A DNA stretch of 64,000 nt from Candidatus Oxydemutatoraceae bacterium (lineage in GTDB: Bacteria > Pseudomonadota > Gammaproteobacteria > Poriferisulfidales > Oxydemutatoraceae): positions 766,719 to 830,718 of the forward strand of contig OZ244717.1 of assembly GCA_965218975.1 (NCBI GenBank), read 5' to 3'. Shown here in pieces: positions 37,838 through 52,192 of this stretch; positions within the stretch are counted from its first letter, which is position 1; every line of letters starts with the position of its first letter. A program made the position numbers and the translations under genes. The notes below the pieces were generated by a model. The model saw only the letters and a program-made list of their open reading frames with translations. It was not told the origin of the DNA and searched no databases.

Positions 37838-39050
37838 TTTCTGCAAACGACGTAATCGAGTCATTCGATTCGGTATTATACCGGCGTTATTCGGTTCATT
37901 GCTGACTGCTTGCGGTTGGCTGTCCGACTTTAACCGGCGGTTAGTCAATGACGAAGACGAAGACTGGCGGATTGCCGCGCTTGAAGATTTTTCCGAACGT
38001 TTGAAATTAAAAAAAGTATGGTCGCAGTCTATAGGCGATGCGCGAGGCACGACGTTACGACGTCAGCTATTACTGCAAGGTAATGTCGTGTTCGGCTGTG
38101 GCCCGGATGGGAATGTGTTTGCTTTTTCAGCGCGTGACGGGAAACGTTTGTGGAGTCGCGAGTTTGACACCGAGACTTCTTTTTGCATCGGCGGTAGCGG
38201 ACAGGCATTAATGATTGGCGCTATCACGGGTGAAGTGATTGCTTTTTCAGTAAAAAACGGTAATCAGCTATGGCGTACTCGTTTACGCGGCGGGGCGATT
38301 AGTGCTATATCAAAAGTCCGCAACGGCAAAGTTTTAGTCCGTAGCGCTAAGGGGAATATTACTGCCTTATCAGCGCGTAATGGTAAAACACAATGGCAGA
38401 TAAAAGAGAAACTGCCGTCGCTGACGCTGCGGGGCATGAGTGTTCCGGTTTTATATGAGCAACAAGCGCTGGTCGGTCTCGATGACGGGCGGTTGGTAAT
38501 ACTGTCGTTTGAAGATGGTCGAGTACTCCGGGAAATTCGTGTCGGGCTGATTAAAGAAGGCGACGATCTTGACCGGATTGTTGACATTGACGGAAAGATT
38601 GAAGTGCGTGACGGAATATTTTATGTTACCAGCTACCAGGGACGTACAATCGCGTTTGATCTGCAAAGAAATTCAATATTGTGGTTCGCCGAAGTAAGCT
38701 CTTATCAAGGAGTGGCGCTTGGCAAGGATCATGTTTATTTGGTCAATTCTAATGGCGAATTATTAAAGCTTGATCGCTATGTCGGTAGCGAAGTATGGAC
38801 GAATGCGGCATTTTCAATACGCGACTTAACGGTTCCTTTGGCGCTTGGTCAATGGATTGTTGTCGGTAGTGACGACGGCTATCTCTACTGGATTGATGCG
38901 GAAGACGGTAAGATTGTAGCGCGTTTTAACTCCCGCGATGAGATTGTTAGTCCTCCGCTGCGGTTTGGCAATCAAGTGATCGCAGTGGATCGCGACGGGG
39001 ATTTGTTCGCGGTTAAAATAACCGCACGTCTTATTGCCACTAAGAATTGA
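37827..39050 (+). CDS. bamB: Outer membrane protein assembly factor BamB
   Basis: Lipobox LLTAC and repeated PQQ-like beta-propeller blades (G.V.A......G...W). Confidence 0.85.
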   Translation: MAVDFCKRRNRVIRFGIIPALFGSLLTACGWLSDFNRRLVNDEDEDWRIAALEDFSERLKLKKVWSQSIGDARGTTLRRQLLLQGNVVFGCGPDGNVFAFSARDGKRLWSREFDTETSFCIGGSGQALMIGAITGEVIAFSVKNGNQLWRTRLRGGAISAISKVRNGKVLVRSAKGNITALSARNGKTQWQIKEKLPSLTLRGMSVPVLYEQQALVGLDDGRLVILSFEDGRVLREIRVGLIKEGDDLDRIVDIDGKIEVRDGIFYVTSYQGRTIAFDLQRNSILWFAEVSSYQGVALGKDHVYLVNSNGELLKLDRYVGSEVWTNAAFSIRDLTVPLALGQWIVVGSDDGYLYWIDAEDGKIVARFNSRDEIVSPPLRFGNQVIAVDRDGDLFAVKITARLIATKN

Positions 39051-39054
39051 TACA

Positions 39055-40377
39055 GTGTTAAAAGTCGCGATTGTCGGGCGTCCGAACGTTGGTAAGTCCA
39101 CTTTGTTTAATTCTCTGGTCCGTGCCCGTGAAGCGCTGGTTGCGGAAGTTGCAGGTTTGACGCGCGATCGCCGCTATGGGATTGGCGATTATGGAAAACA
39201 TCAGTGGCTATTAATTGATACCGGCGGTATTGTTTTTGATGGTGTCGGTTTGGAGCGGCAGATTCTTTGGCAAACACGATTAGCTATTGATGAGGCCGAT
39301 TTAATTTGCTTAGTGGTGTGCGCACAAGAAGGGCTGGTACCGTTGGATTTGATGATCGTTGAGGAATTACGCCGCACAAGCAAACCGCTGTGGTTGATTA
39401 TGAATAAGCTCGACGGTCGTGATGAGTCGTTCATTCAGGCGGAATTCTCGAAACTGGGTATCCGGCCAAGCTTCTGCGCCACGGCATTACACGGCAGATA
39501 TGTAGACAATCTACGCCAAACGCTTGCCGAATACAGTGCGGATTACACAAATGGTGCTGTGTCGCAGAATACGGATGAGACGACAATACGGCTGGCTTTC
39601 TTAGGCCGCCCGAATGCCGGCAAGTCGACTTTAATTAATAAAATTCTTGGTGAGGAACGTTTACTGACTTCGGATCGAGGCGGCACGACGCGAGACAGTA
39701 TCGCCGTGTCTTTTAAGTGTAACGATATACAGTTTCTCTTAATTGATACTGCCGGAATAAGGCGGCGTAAAGCGACCACCGATGCGGAGAAACTCAGTGT
39801 GCTTAATGCGTTTGAAAATGCGTTGGCGTCGGATGTCGCGATACTGGTTTGCTCTGCAGAAGAAGTTGCCGAGCAAGATGCTTCGCTTGCAGCACAGGCT
39901 TTGAAGGCCGGTTGCGCTTTAGTTGTTGCGCTGAACAAAAGTGATTTGATAAGCCGGGATAACCGCGTCGCATTGCGCGACGCTATTGATCGGCGGCTAC
40001 GCTTTTTACGTCGTTTTGACATTGTATTCGTTTCGGCATTGAACGGTAGCGGGATTGAACGATTATTACGGGCGGCGCAAAAAGCGTGGCAAGCGGCGCA
40101 GACGCGTCTGACCGCATCGCAATGTACACGTATGTTGCAATCTGCGGTTTCATCACATCAGCCGCCGTTGGTCGGAGGTGGTCATGTAAAGTTACGCTAT
40201 GCTCACCAAGGAGGGGTGCGTCCGCCTCGTTTTATTATTTACGGAAGTCGTGTTGATCGTCTGACATATTCATACCGACGCTATCTGGAAAACTTCTTCC
40301 GCAAGGAACTACATTTAGTCGGCACGCCATTGGCGCTAGAGTTTCGCCGCACTGAAAATCCCTACCGCAAGCAGTAG
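39055..40377 (+). CDS. der: Ribosome-associated GTPase Der/EngA
   Basis: Two G domains (GRPNVGKSTLFN; GRPNAGKSTLIN) plus a KH-like C-terminus. A GTG at 39055 gives MLKVAIVG; the ORF track opens at 39034. Confidence 0.92.
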   Translation: MLKVAIVGRPNVGKSTLFNSLVRAREALVAEVAGLTRDRRYGIGDYGKHQWLLIDTGGIVFDGVGLERQILWQTRLAIDEADLICLVVCAQEGLVPLDLMIVEELRRTSKPLWLIMNKLDGRDESFIQAEFSKLGIRPSFCATALHGRYVDNLRQTLAEYSADYTNGAVSQNTDETTIRLAFLGRPNAGKSTLINKILGEERLLTSDRGGTTRDSIAVSFKCNDIQFLLIDTAGIRRRKATTDAEKLSVLNAFENALASDVAILVCSAEEVAEQDASLAAQALKAGCALVVALNKSDLISRDNRVALRDAIDRRLRFLRRFDIVFVSALNGSGIERLLRAAQKAWQAAQTRLTASQCTRMLQSAVSSHQPPLVGGGHVKLRYAHQGGVRPPRFIIYGSRVDRLTYSYRRYLENFFRKELHLVGTPLALEFRRTENPYRKQ

Positions 40378-40409
40378 CGGTATGATTGGATGCAGTTATA
40401 GAAAACCGG

Positions 40410-40799
40410 TTAAGGCAGCGGCGTTTTTGCGGGCGGTTGCCAATTCGGCGCTTGGTGTTCAACGATAACCGTCGTATGGAGTCCGCCGCGAACATTGAAC
40501 TTCGCGGTTAAGCGCATAAAACGCGGGGCGATGGCTACGCAAAGATGCCGGAGTATTTCGTTGCTGACTTTTTCGTGAAATGCACCGTGATCGCGAAATG
40601 ACCAAAAATAATTTTTGAGGCTTTTTAACTCCAAGCATAGTTGATCGGGCATGTATTCAATTTTAATTGTGGCAAAATCAGGTTGACCGGTGAGCGGGCA
40701 TAAGCAAGTAAATTCCTGTGTTTCAATGCGGATCAAATAATCCCTATTTTTGGCGGGATTTTCAAAGGTTTGCAAGTTTATATCGGGGTTTTCCGACAT
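40410..40799 (-). CDS. queF: NADPH-dependent 7-cyano-7-deazaguanine reductase QueF (short type)
   Basis: 129 aa: [15 protein letters not shown] ... [14 protein letters not shown] ... FHE. Confidence 0.9.
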   Translation of the reverse strand: MSENPDINLQTFENPAKNRDYLIRIETQEFTCLCPLTGQPDFATIKIEYMPDQLCLELKSLKNYFWSFRDHGAFHEKVSNEILRHLCVAIAPRFMRLTAKFNVRGGLHTTVIVEHQAPNWQPPAKTPLP

Positions 40800-40858
40800 T
40801 TGGTTTATACTGTTATAAATTTGGAAATTATAGCCATTTTTGAATAAACAAGGTAACC

Positions 40859-43800
40859 ATGAGACTCGAGAAGATTCATCTTGGTGGCTTCAAGTCTTTT
40901 GCAGATGCGGTTTCTGTAGAATTGAAAGATCAGATGATTGGGATTGTCGGTCCCAACGGATGCGGTAAATCAAATGTTGTCGATGCTGTCCGTTGGGTGA
41001 TGGGCGAAGCTTCCCGCCATATCCGTGCGATGAATCTTGAAGATGTTATTTTTAGCGGCACAATCAGCCGCAAGCCGGTTGAGCAAGCATTTGTCGAGCT
41101 TATTTTTGATAATGCTCAGGGCAAGTGCGGCGTACAGTACGCTCAATACGGTGAAATATCAATCCGCCGAACAGTGTCGCGCGATCGCGATTCAAAATAC
41201 TATATCAACGGAAAACGTTGTCGACGTAAAGATATTGCCGATATTTTCTTCGGCACCGGTCTGGGCGCGAATAGTTATGCGATTATTGAACAGGGAATGA
41301 TTTCGCGTATTGTTGAAGCGAAACCCGATGAGATGCGTTCTTATGTTGAAGAAGCGGCAGGTGTTTCAAAATATAAAGAACGCCGCAAAGAAACGGAAAT
41401 CCATATTCGTCACACCCGCGATAACCTTGATCGGGTGATGGATATTCGCGAGGAAATAGATAAACAATTACGCAAACTAAAGAGACAAGTGCGGGAAGCG
41501 AAACGATATGCGCAATTGAAGTCGAAAAAAGACATGCTGCGGGCGGGTTTGATGCTGATGCGGCTGCGTTATTATGAAGCCGAGCAGAAAAATGCAAAGA
41601 AAGTTTTATCCGAGAAACGGATGAGTTTTGACCAAAGCGAAGTATCCATACAAGCGACGGAGGCAAAGATTGAACGGCAGCGCACAGACTTGGAAATGGC
41701 AAATAATAAGTTGCATACAGTGAGGGAGGCGCTATATCGCTTGGATGCCAAAGCAACCGCTTTAGAAAGTGAAATCACTTCTCAGGAACAAGACGCCGAG
41801 CGGATTCGGCGAGAGCAAAAAGAGATTGAAGAAACATTGCGGGATATTTCTAGTGAGTTGCGAACCGAGCGGGAAAGGTATCAGAAATTTGAAGCCCGTG
41901 TCGCCGAGTTGCAAATCATTCGCGAGCGATTAACCGATGATACCGCCGCCAATCGGGAGAATGCCGAGGATAGTGAAAATGAGTTGAATAAGTTATACAA
42001 AATGCGCGATCGTCATCACAGCGAGTCGCGTGAATCTTCGGAAAAACTAAAAGTTGAGAAAGCGCGCGGCGAACTATATCGACAATCGATATCGGAAATA
42101 GATAAAAGCGAAAGTGAGATTGATAAACAACGTGAAGAAATTGATCCGTTTTTATTGGAGGCGGAAAAAAAAGAAAATATACATCGCTTGAAACATAGCC
42201 GCTATGAAGCGGAGCAAAGTTTGCAGATGCTTGAGCAGGCATCCGCCGATATCAAACGTTTACGCGGCTGTGTGCAAGCACTGAGCGGAAAGCTCAACGA
42301 AGGACAGGTGCAGGCACAGGAAGCGCAAGGGCAAATTTCTTCGTTGGAAGTGTTACAGGAAGCGGCGCTTGGTCATGATACCGAATCTTTTTATGTCTGG
42401 TTAGAAGAAGCGGAGTTGTCCGATAAGGACTTAGTGTCTGAAAATATTGCAGTGGAACGCGGTTGGGAGGATGCGGTCGAACTTGTGTTAAGTGCCTTTT
42501 TGGGCGGCGTCAGAATTGATTCGTTGGACCGGCAGGCACAAAATCTGGATTCTTTTAATCAGGGAAATTTGGTTCTGATTGAATCAAGTCTGTCGGTTGC
42601 ATCCGCCGGACAGGAGACGCTTGCCGACAAAGTATCAAGCGAAATCGGATTACACGATTGGTTGTCACGGGTGTTACTTGCCGAAAATATCACCGATGCA
42701 ATGACGAGACGTCATTCATTGAGCGTCGGCGAATCTATTGTTACCCGCGACGGCGCTTGGGTCGGAAAGAATTGGCTGCAGCTACGCCGCTTTAGCCAAG
42801 GTGACGAAGGAGTATTGATGCGCAAGACTAAAATTGAGTCTCTGCGTAGGCAGCTTGATGAGCTACAGGAGTCGTCTGATGCGGTGAAGCGCGAACTGAA
42901 CCAAGCTCATATTGATTTGTCTGCACAAGAAGCGGTACGCGACCGCGAGCAGGAGCGACGGCTTGCTTATTTGAAAGAAATTGCAACGCTTGAATCGAAA
43001 ATCACCCATTGCGATGAGCAAATAGATCAACAATGTGCGCGGTCGGAAAAATTGGATCAGATGAAAGCGGAAATTGCGCTACGCCGCGAACGGTTAATCG
43101 TCGAGCATCGCCAATCGCGCCGAGAGTACGAACAAGCGCAGGCGCAAGTGCAAGAAATGAATACCCGCTTTGATGAGCTTGCCAAAAATATTATGCGACA
43201 GGCAAATAAACTTGCCGAGACGAAGCGTTTATTTCATCAAACGCGCGACACCCTGCATCAAGCGGAAATAGAAAACGAGTCGGCGCGGGTGAATTTAGCT
43301 GCCGCGCAGAAACATATTGAACAACTGCAACGTCAAGAAGCATCATTGAAACAACATCAGACAATTTTGCTGGAGTCTATGAATCACTTGACCGCGCCCT
43401 TATCCGATAGCCAGCGGCAACACGGACAATTGCTCAAGGAGCACCTTGATTCTGATGAAAAACTTGCCGGCGCCAACCGAAATGTATCGGCGAAGCAGGC
43501 AAAAATTGGCGAACTGGAAAGTGAACGTAATCGGTTGCGTGAACAATTCGATGCGAGACGCAAAGCGAACGAAGACGCGCATGCCGCTTTGCAAGTCAGC
43601 GTTGCGCGCTACCATGACGCGAAAGCGGCATTTGATAAATTCGCCGTTGATATTGTCGAGGTTGAAGCAAGTTTGAGGGCAGACGTAACGGTTCAGGCAC
43701 AGGAAGCGGCATTGCAGGAGGTGCAAGAGAAGCTTGGTCGGCTCGGTGCGATTAACTTGGTTGCGCTGGGTGAATTTAATGAGTTGAGTGAACGCAAAAC

Positions 43801-44356
43801 TTTTATAGATTTACAATACAAGGATTTGACTTCGGCGCTGAGTAATTTGGAAGCGGTGATTAAGAAAATTGATCATGAGACCCGTAGCCGCTTTAAGAAG
43901 ACGTTCGAACGCATCAATGAAAATCTGCGCAAACTGTTTCCCGCATTATTCGGCGGCGGAGAGGCTTACTTGGAAATGACCGAATCGGATTTGCTAAACA
44001 CCGGAATTACGGTGATGGCGAAGCCCCCGGGGAAACGCTTGTCGACGATACAGCTCATGTCGGGCGGTGAGAAAGCGCTTGCCGCGGCCGCTGTCGTATT
44101 TTCGATCTTTGAATTGAATCCTGCGCCATTTTGTCTTCTTGATGAGGTAGATGCGCCGCTTGACGAGCACAACATTGAGCGTTTTTGCAGTATGATCAAA
44201 GATATGAGTCGCCGTATTCAGTTTGTTATGATTACGCATAGTAAGCTGACGATGGAGTATATGGATAGTCTGATCGGTATTACGATGTATGAGGCAGGGG
44301 TATCAAGATTGGTATCGGTTGATATGGACGAAGCATTAAAGATGGCATCCGCCTAG
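40859..44356 (+). CDS. smc: Chromosome partition protein Smc
   Basis: 1165 aa with Walker [14 protein letters not shown], long coiled coils and a hinge, and C-terminal LSGGEKAL ... [10 protein letters not shown]. Confidence 0.95.
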   Translation: MRLEKIHLGGFKSFADAVSVELKDQMIGIVGPNGCGKSNVVDAVRWVMGEASRHIRAMNLEDVIFSGTISRKPVEQAFVELIFDNAQGKCGVQYAQYGEISIRRTVSRDRDSKYYINGKRCRRKDIADIFFGTGLGANSYAIIEQGMISRIVEAKPDEMRSYVEEAAGVSKYKERRKETEIHIRHTRDNLDRVMDIREEIDKQLRKLKRQVREAKRYAQLKSKKDMLRAGLMLMRLRYYEAEQKNAKKVLSEKRMSFDQSEVSIQATEAKIERQRTDLEMANNKLHTVREALYRLDAKATALESEITSQEQDAERIRREQKEIEETLRDISSELRTERERYQKFEARVAELQIIRERLTDDTAANRENAEDSENELNKLYKMRDRHHSESRESSEKLKVEKARGELYRQSISEIDKSESEIDKQREEIDPFLLEAEKKENIHRLKHSRYEAEQSLQMLEQASADIKRLRGCVQALSGKLNEGQVQAQEAQGQISSLEVLQEAALGHDTESFYVWLEEAELSDKDLVSENIAVERGWEDAVELVLSAFLGGVRIDSLDRQAQNLDSFNQGNLVLIESSLSVASAGQETLADKVSSEIGLHDWLSRVLLAENITDAMTRRHSLSVGESIVTRDGAWVGKNWLQLRRFSQGDEGVLMRKTKIESLRRQLDELQESSDAVKRELNQAHIDLSAQEAVRDREQERRLAYLKEIATLESKITHCDEQIDQQCARSEKLDQMKAEIALRRERLIVEHRQSRREYEQAQAQVQEMNTRFDELAKNIMRQANKLAETKRLFHQTRDTLHQAEIENESARVNLAAAQKHIEQLQRQEASLKQHQTILLESMNHLTAPLSDSQRQHGQLLKEHLDSDEKLAGANRNVSAKQAKIGELESERNRLREQFDARRKANEDAHAALQVSVARYHDAKAAFDKFAVDIVEVEASLRADVTVQAQEAALQEVQEKLGRLGAINLVALGEFNELSERKTFIDLQYKDLTSALSNLEAVIKKIDHETRSRFKKTFERINENLRKLFPALFGGGEAYLEMTESDLLNTGITVMAKPPGKRLSTIQLMSGGEKALAAAAVVFSIFELNPAPFCLLDEVDAPLDEHNIERFCSMIKDMSRRIQFVMITHSKLTMEYMDSLIGITMYEAGVSRLVSVDMDEALKMASA

Positions 44357-44359
44357 TCA

Positions 44360-47064
<2,705 letters not shown>

Positions 47065-47235
47065 ATTTAAGAGTGAGACCACGAGACTATTTGGCCGTTA
47101 TATATCTTTATTTTAGATAAGTAAATTATTTTTTAACATTTTTATTTATATAAAGTTTGTCGGATAATGCCCCTAATGGTGTTGTCATGTTCGTTTGACA
47201 ATAGATTTTTAACAGAAATTAAGAGGTGTATAGCG

Positions 47236-47574
47236 ATGAAAATGGTGGTTGCGGTGATTCAACCGCATCAGCTTGACAATATTCGTGAAGCTTTGTCCGA
47301 TGCCGGCGTGCACGGAATGACGGCGATGGATGTCAAGGGCTTTGGCCGGCAGAAAGGTCATACTGAGATATATCGTTCCTCGGAATATGTAGTTTATTTT
47401 CTACCGAAAGTGAAACTTGAAATTGCAGTTTCCGACGATCAAGTGGAACGAGCAATTGAAATTATATCTAAAACAGCCAACACCGGGAAAATCGGTGATG
47501 GAAAAATATTTGTTTTACCGCTGGAACAAGTTATTCGAATTCGTACCGGCGAAAAAGGAGAGGAGGCACTGTAA
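47236..47574 (+). CDS. glnK: Nitrogen regulatory protein P-II (GlnK)
   Basis: MKMVVAVIQPHQLDNIREAL ... GFGRQKGHTEIYRSSEY (T-loop Tyr). aagagg RBS. Upstream of amtB. Confidence 0.9.
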   Translation: MKMVVAVIQPHQLDNIREALSDAGVHGMTAMDVKGFGRQKGHTEIYRSSEYVVYFLPKVKLEIAVSDDQVERAIEIISKTANTGKIGDGKIFVLPLEQVIRIRTGEKGEEAL

Positions 47575-47577
47575 ATC

Positions 47578-48867
47578 ATGATACGGTATTTGAAAAAAAA
47601 TCTAGTTTTATTTCCGGTATTCCTTCCGACAGTGTCGTTTGCCGATACATTAGATACCGGTGACACGGCATGGCTGTTGGTATCAACCGCATTAGTGTTG
47701 TTTATGACGATCCCGGGCTTATCGCTGTTCTATGCCGGCTTAGTACGGAGTAAAAATGTCTTGTCTGTATTAATGCAGTGTTTTTCAATCACTTGCCTTG
47801 CTTCATTTACATGGTTGCTTTTCGGATACAGTTTGTCGTTTGGTGATGGCGGCGGACTGAACGCGTTTATCGGAGGCTTGGAAAACTTTCTGTTAATGGA
47901 TGTTACGCGCGAAGCGGTTTCCGGAACAATACCGGAAACAGTATTTGTGATGTTCCAAATGACATTTGCAATTATCACACCTGCATTGGTCATCGGAGCT
48001 TTTGCCGAAAGAATGCGATTTTCTGCGATGATGCTATTTACCTTGTTTTGGTTGTTCTTAGTTTACTTCCCTATCTGTCATCAAGTATGGGGAGGCGGAT
48101 GGCTCTCTGAAATGGGTCTGTTGGACTTTGCCGGAGGTACGGTCGTGCATTTGACCGCAGGTGTCGGCGCGCTGGTTGCCGCTTTAGTGTTGGGACCGCG
48201 CAGCGGTTTTGGCAAAGTTAACATGTCGCCGCATAACCTGGCCATATCGGTTGCCGGAGCGGGAATGCTATGGGTTGGTTGGTTCGGTTTTAATGCCGGC
48301 AGTGCGGTTGCGGCAAACGGGGATGCGGGAATGGCTATGTTAACCACCCACATTAGTGCGGCAGTGGCATCATTGGTCTGGATGTTCTTGGAATGGATGA
48401 AATACGGTAAGCCTAGCGTGCTCGGCATTGTAACCGGGATGGTCGCAGGTCTAGGTTCGATTACACCGGCATCCGGATTTGTCGGTCCGGTCGGAGCATT
48501 GATAATCGGTGTTTCCGCCGGCGCAATCTGCTTTATGGTGACAAACTTTATGAAGAGAAAATTAAAGGTTGACGATTCGCTTGATGTTTTTCCGGTCCAC
48601 GGCATCGGAGGGATTCTTGGCACTTTACTGCTTGCGGTGTTTATCTCCGAATCATTTGGCGGCGTCGGCTACGGTGATGGAATGACGCTGATCGGTCAGC
48701 TCAAAGCACAGTTGACAGGCGTTGTTTTTGTAATAGTCTGGACTGCGGTGGCGACTTTCGTCAGCCTAAAAGTGGTCGGGATGATTACACCGGCCCGAGT
48801 GGCGGAAGACACTGAAGAGAAAGGTTTGGATATTACTGAACACGACGAGAAAGGTTACATCTTGTAG
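47578..48867 (+). CDS. amtB: Ammonium transporter AmtB
   Basis: 429 aa polytopic protein: DFAGGTVVH ... VHGIGG. Confidence 0.93.
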   Translation: MIRYLKKNLVLFPVFLPTVSFADTLDTGDTAWLLVSTALVLFMTIPGLSLFYAGLVRSKNVLSVLMQCFSITCLASFTWLLFGYSLSFGDGGGLNAFIGGLENFLLMDVTREAVSGTIPETVFVMFQMTFAIITPALVIGAFAERMRFSAMMLFTLFWLFLVYFPICHQVWGGGWLSEMGLLDFAGGTVVHLTAGVGALVAALVLGPRSGFGKVNMSPHNLAISVAGAGMLWVGWFGFNAGSAVAANGDAGMAMLTTHISAAVASLVWMFLEWMKYGKPSVLGIVTGMVAGLGSITPASGFVGPVGALIIGVSAGAICFMVTNFMKRKLKVDDSLDVFPVHGIGGILGTLLLAVFISESFGGVGYGDGMTLIGQLKAQLTGVVFVIVWTAVATFVSLKVVGMITPARVAEDTEEKGLDITEHDEKGYIL

Positions 48868-48870
48868 CCT

Positions 48871-49560
48871 TCATTGGCACGCAATGATATGGCTGGCAAG
48901 TTCGGATAATTGTTGTTGGCGATCTTGCGCATATTGAATGTCGAAGATCGGAACATCGGTCAAGCTTGCCAGCTCCTTTGGGTTATTCCAATCGCAACGA
49001 TCTGCTTTGAAGTCCGGCGAAGCGGATAGCCGGTTGATTGCTACTGCGAGTACTTTTATACGGCGTCTTTGCGCCGCTTCCAATGTCAGCAGCGTTGAAC
49101 TAAGGCAGCCGAGTCGATTGGGGCATACCAATAATAGAGGCAGTTGCAATTGTTGTGCTAAGTCCGCATTCAAACCGTCTTGGGCAATAGGCGAGTAAAA
49201 TCCGCCGGCGCCTTCAATCAATGAAAAAGCGGTAGTATCCGTCGCGCATGCTGCGACCAAATCGGCAATTCGCAGAGGGATATTTGCCAATTCCGCAGCG
49301 CGTGCCGGCGAAGCGGCGGCTTGCAGGCGATAACGGCAAACCTGCTCTAAAGTTTCGATGTAACCGGCGGCAGCAAGTAGCATTTGAGCATCTTCGGCAA
49401 ACAGATGTCCGTTTTGATCATGGCAGCCGCTTTCAACCGGTTTACGTACTTTCAATGGCAGCAAGTGTGCTTGTAGGAGAGGTATAAGCCGGCAAGCGAG
49501 CCAAGTTTTGCCGACACCGGTATCGGTTGCGGTGATAAATATCCCGCGCTTGTTCATCAT
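48871..49560 (-). CDS. bioD: Dethiobiotin synthase BioD
   Basis: 229 aa: GIFITATDTGVGKT ... KPVESG ... EGAGG. Confidence 0.88.
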   Translation of the reverse strand: MMNKRGIFITATDTGVGKTWLACRLIPLLQAHLLPLKVRKPVESGCHDQNGHLFAEDAQMLLAAAGYIETLEQVCRYRLQAAASPARAAELANIPLRIADLVAACATDTTAFSLIEGAGGFYSPIAQDGLNADLAQQLQLPLLLVCPNRLGCLSSTLLTLEAAQRRRIKVLAVAINRLSASPDFKADRCDWNNPKELASLTDVPIFDIQYAQDRQQQLSELASHIIACQ

Positions 49561-50444
49561 ACCGTCGGGTGAATCAACATGGTTTTTACCTGCTGATATT
49601 TTTGGGCGGTTTGCTGAATAATTTCTTGCGGTAGTTTCGGTGCGGGCGGAGTTTTGTTCCAGTCCGAAGATTCCAGATAATCGCGCACGAATTGCTTGTC
49701 GAAGCTTGCCGGACTTTTACCGACTTGATATCGTTCAAGGTCCCAAAAACGGGATGAGTCGGGTGTGAGCACTTCGTCAATCAGCATGAGCTGCCCGTCC
49801 CCGGATAAGCCGAATTCAAACTTGGTATCGGCAATAATAATACCTTTCTGTAGTGCATAATCTGCCGCGAATTGATAAATTTTAAGCGCGTAATCGCGAA
49901 CCTGCCGCGCAAATTCTTCGCCGAGAGAAGTGATCATCGTTTGAAATCCGACATTTATATCATGGTTGCCGACCGACGCTTTGGTTGAGGGGGTAAAAAT
50001 TGGCTCGTCTAACTTTTGTGCAAGCCGCATATTTTTTGGTAGGCGAATACCGCATATCGCGCGATGATTTTGATAATCTTTCCAACCGGAACCCGCAAGA
50101 TAGCCACGGACAATGGCTTCAAACGGGAGCGGTTTTACAGATCGGATGACGCTGCTGCGTTGCGCTAGCGCGCGACGCATATCGACAGATAATTCGGATA
50201 TGTCGGTTACTGTCTTGTCTGTGAGATGGTTGGGTATTAAATGTTGAGTTTTAACGAACCAGAAATGGCTCAGCTGCGTTAAAACTTCTCCTTTCCCAGG
50301 AATCGAATCGGGTAAAGTCACGTCAAACGCCGAAATGCGATCGCTTGCAACCATCAATAGGTGATGGTCGTCTAAAGCATATAAATCGCGCACTTTACCG
50401 CGGTGTAACAGCGGTAGCCCGACATGAAAAGATTTATTTCCCAT
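49557..50444 (-). CDS. purC: Phosphoribosylaminoimidazole-succinocarboxamide synthase PurC
   Basis: 295 aa: GKVRDLY ... ASDRISAFD ... ADTKFEFG. Confidence 0.92.
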   Translation of the reverse strand: MGNKSFHVGLPLLHRGKVRDLYALDDHHLLMVASDRISAFDVTLPDSIPGKGEVLTQLSHFWFVKTQHLIPNHLTDKTVTDISELSVDMRRALAQRSSVIRSVKPLPFEAIVRGYLAGSGWKDYQNHRAICGIRLPKNMRLAQKLDEPIFTPSTKASVGNHDINVGFQTMITSLGEEFARQVRDYALKIYQFAADYALQKGIIIADTKFEFGLSGDGQLMLIDEVLTPDSSRFWDLERYQVGKSPASFDKQFVRDYLESSDWNKTPPAPKLPQEIIQQTAQKYQQVKTMLIHPTV

Positions 50445-50517
50445 CCGATAAATAATACCGCGTCTTGTTTAATGATAAAATAAAAATTTACCTGTCTGAC
50501 ACGAGTATTCGGAGATC

Positions 50518-51006
50518 ATGAACCAAGCTAAAGTAGGAATTATTATGGGTAGCGACAGTGATTGGTCGGTGATGCGTCTTGCCGCCGAACAGCTAAAGGA
50601 GCTGTCGGTTGTGATTGAAAAGCAGGTTGTGTCCGCCCATCGCACACCGCGGATGATGTTTGAATATGCGCAATCTGCTGAGGCGCGAGGTTTGAAATGT
50701 ATCATTGCCGGCGCCGGAGGCGCCGCGCACTTACCTGGGATGGTTGCTGCGCTGACTAGTCTGCCGGTCCTTGGTGTACCGATCCCGAGCCAACATTTTT
50801 CCGGACAAGATTCATTGCTTTCTATCGTGCAAATGCCGAAGGGCACTCCGGTTGCCACTTTTGCCGTCGGTGAGGCCGGCGCAATCAATGCCGCACTCTT
50901 TGCGTGCAAAATACTGAGTTTCAATGACCGAGCGCTACGCGAAAAATTATGCCGGATGAGTGAGGCACAAACAAAAAAAGTGAAAAACATAAAACTAACG
51001 GATTAG
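50518..51006 (+). CDS. purE: N5-carboxyaminoimidazole ribonucleotide mutase PurE
   Basis: 162 aa: [11 protein letters not shown] ... SAHRTP ... [10 protein letters not shown]. Confidence 0.93.
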   Translation: MNQAKVGIIMGSDSDWSVMRLAAEQLKELSVVIEKQVVSAHRTPRMMFEYAQSAEARGLKCIIAGAGGAAHLPGMVAALTSLPVLGVPIPSQHFSGQDSLLSIVQMPKGTPVATFAVGEAGAINAALFACKILSFNDRALREKLCRMSEAQTKKVKNIKLTD

Positions 51007-51042
51007 TCCGCAAAGGTCTCTAATATTGCCGCTGATATCGCC

Positions 51043-52188
51043 ATGCCGACGACAATTTTGCCGAATTCAAACTTAGGCGTTTTCGGTGGCGGCCAATTGG
51101 GCAGGATGTTCGTTTGTGCGGCGCGCACCATGGGGTACCGCACGACAGTTTTTGATCCTGATCCGGAAAGTCCCGCGGGTAAAATTGCCGACCGACACCT
51201 GTGCGCCGCTTATGATGATGAAGCCGTTTTACACCAATTTGCCGAATCCTGCGCGGCGATAACGATTGAGTTTGAGAATATACCTATTGCTGCACTCAAT
51301 GCGATACAATCGAAAACGCGTCTGTTGTCGGCGGACAATGTGTTGCCGATCATTCAAGATCGGCACTTAGAAAAAACTTTTTTATCTGAGAGCGGAATTA
51401 AAACCGCTAATTTCCACGCGGTCCTGCAAGCTGCGGACATTGCCGCTGCCGAGTCTTTGTTCGCTTCAAGCGCGATTCTTAAAACGGCGCGTCTAGGTTA
51501 TGACGGCAAAGGCCAGTATGTGGTAGATAGCGTATCGGCGGCTGAACAAGCGTTCGCCGAATTGAACGGCCGCGCGTGTATTCTTGAAGAGAAGATTGAT
51601 TTTAAGTGCGAATTGTCGGTTATTGTTGCGCGCGCTGAAGATGGCACGGTCGTATGTTACCCGCCGTCGGAGAATGAGCACCGTGGCGGAATTTTGCATC
51701 TGAGTAAAGTTCCGGCAGATTGCGGCTCGACAATAACACGGCGGGCGCGACATATTGCGCAAAATGTTGCTCGGGCATTGCAATATTGCGGCGTGTTAGC
51801 GGTAGAATTTTTTGTCACTCGGGATAATCAATTGCTTGTCAATGAAATTGCGCCGCGTCCGCATAATAGCGGACACTATACGATTGATGCTTGTACCGTT
51901 TCTCAGTTTGAACAACAAGTGCGTATGATGTGCGGTTTGCCGGCGGGAGATGTGCGGTTATTATCCCCCGTTGTGATGGTTAATATTCTTGGTGATATTT
52001 GGAGAGATCATCAGGTTTCGCCGGATTGGAAACCGATACTGCAGCATCCTTGTGCAAAGTTGCATCTGTATGGAAAACAAACAGCGCGTGCCGGACGCAA
52101 GATGGGGCATTTTTGTATTTTGGACTCTGATCCCGATCGCGCCGAGCAGCAAGCGCGAACATTGTATGCGGCATTACACGACGAATGA
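51043..52188 (+). CDS. purK: N5-carboxyaminoimidazole ribonucleotide synthase PurK
   Basis: 381 aa ATP-grasp protein: GVFGGGQLGRM ... YDGKGQ ... NEIAPRPHNSGH. Confidence 0.92.
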   Translation: MPTTILPNSNLGVFGGGQLGRMFVCAARTMGYRTTVFDPDPESPAGKIADRHLCAAYDDEAVLHQFAESCAAITIEFENIPIAALNAIQSKTRLLSADNVLPIIQDRHLEKTFLSESGIKTANFHAVLQAADIAAAESLFASSAILKTARLGYDGKGQYVVDSVSAAEQAFAELNGRACILEEKIDFKCELSVIVARAEDGTVVCYPPSENEHRGGILHLSKVPADCGSTITRRARHIAQNVARALQYCGVLAVEFFVTRDNQLLVNEIAPRPHNSGHYTIDACTVSQFEQQVRMMCGLPAGDVRLLSPVVMVNILGDIWRDHQVSPDWKPILQHPCAKLHLYGKQTARAGRKMGHFCILDSDPDRAEQQARTLYAALHDE

Positions 52189-52192
52189 AACG

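Noticed and set aside
47065-47235. I looked for a sigma54 (GG-N10-GC) promoter and NtrC sites upstream of glnK-amtB.
   Set aside because: I found only a poor match (tGGtgttgtcatGT). I could not support a call.
50469-50990. A 173-aa minus-strand ORF covers purE. Similar long antisense ORFs lie in amtB (48081-48623), ligA (45955-46584), yhdH (52720-53298), der (39543-40022) and smc (41283-41756).
   Set aside because: Each lies fully inside a gene with unambiguous conserved motifs on the other strand. They are shadow ORFs.
51989-52192. The ORF track extends the YhdH-like ORF 68 codons upstream, overlapping purK. It similarly extends glnK at 47167-47235.
   Set aside because: The extensions overlap or precede well-defined genes and lack homology. 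Internal ATGs (52193; 47236 with an aagagg RBS) give proteins that start like their families.
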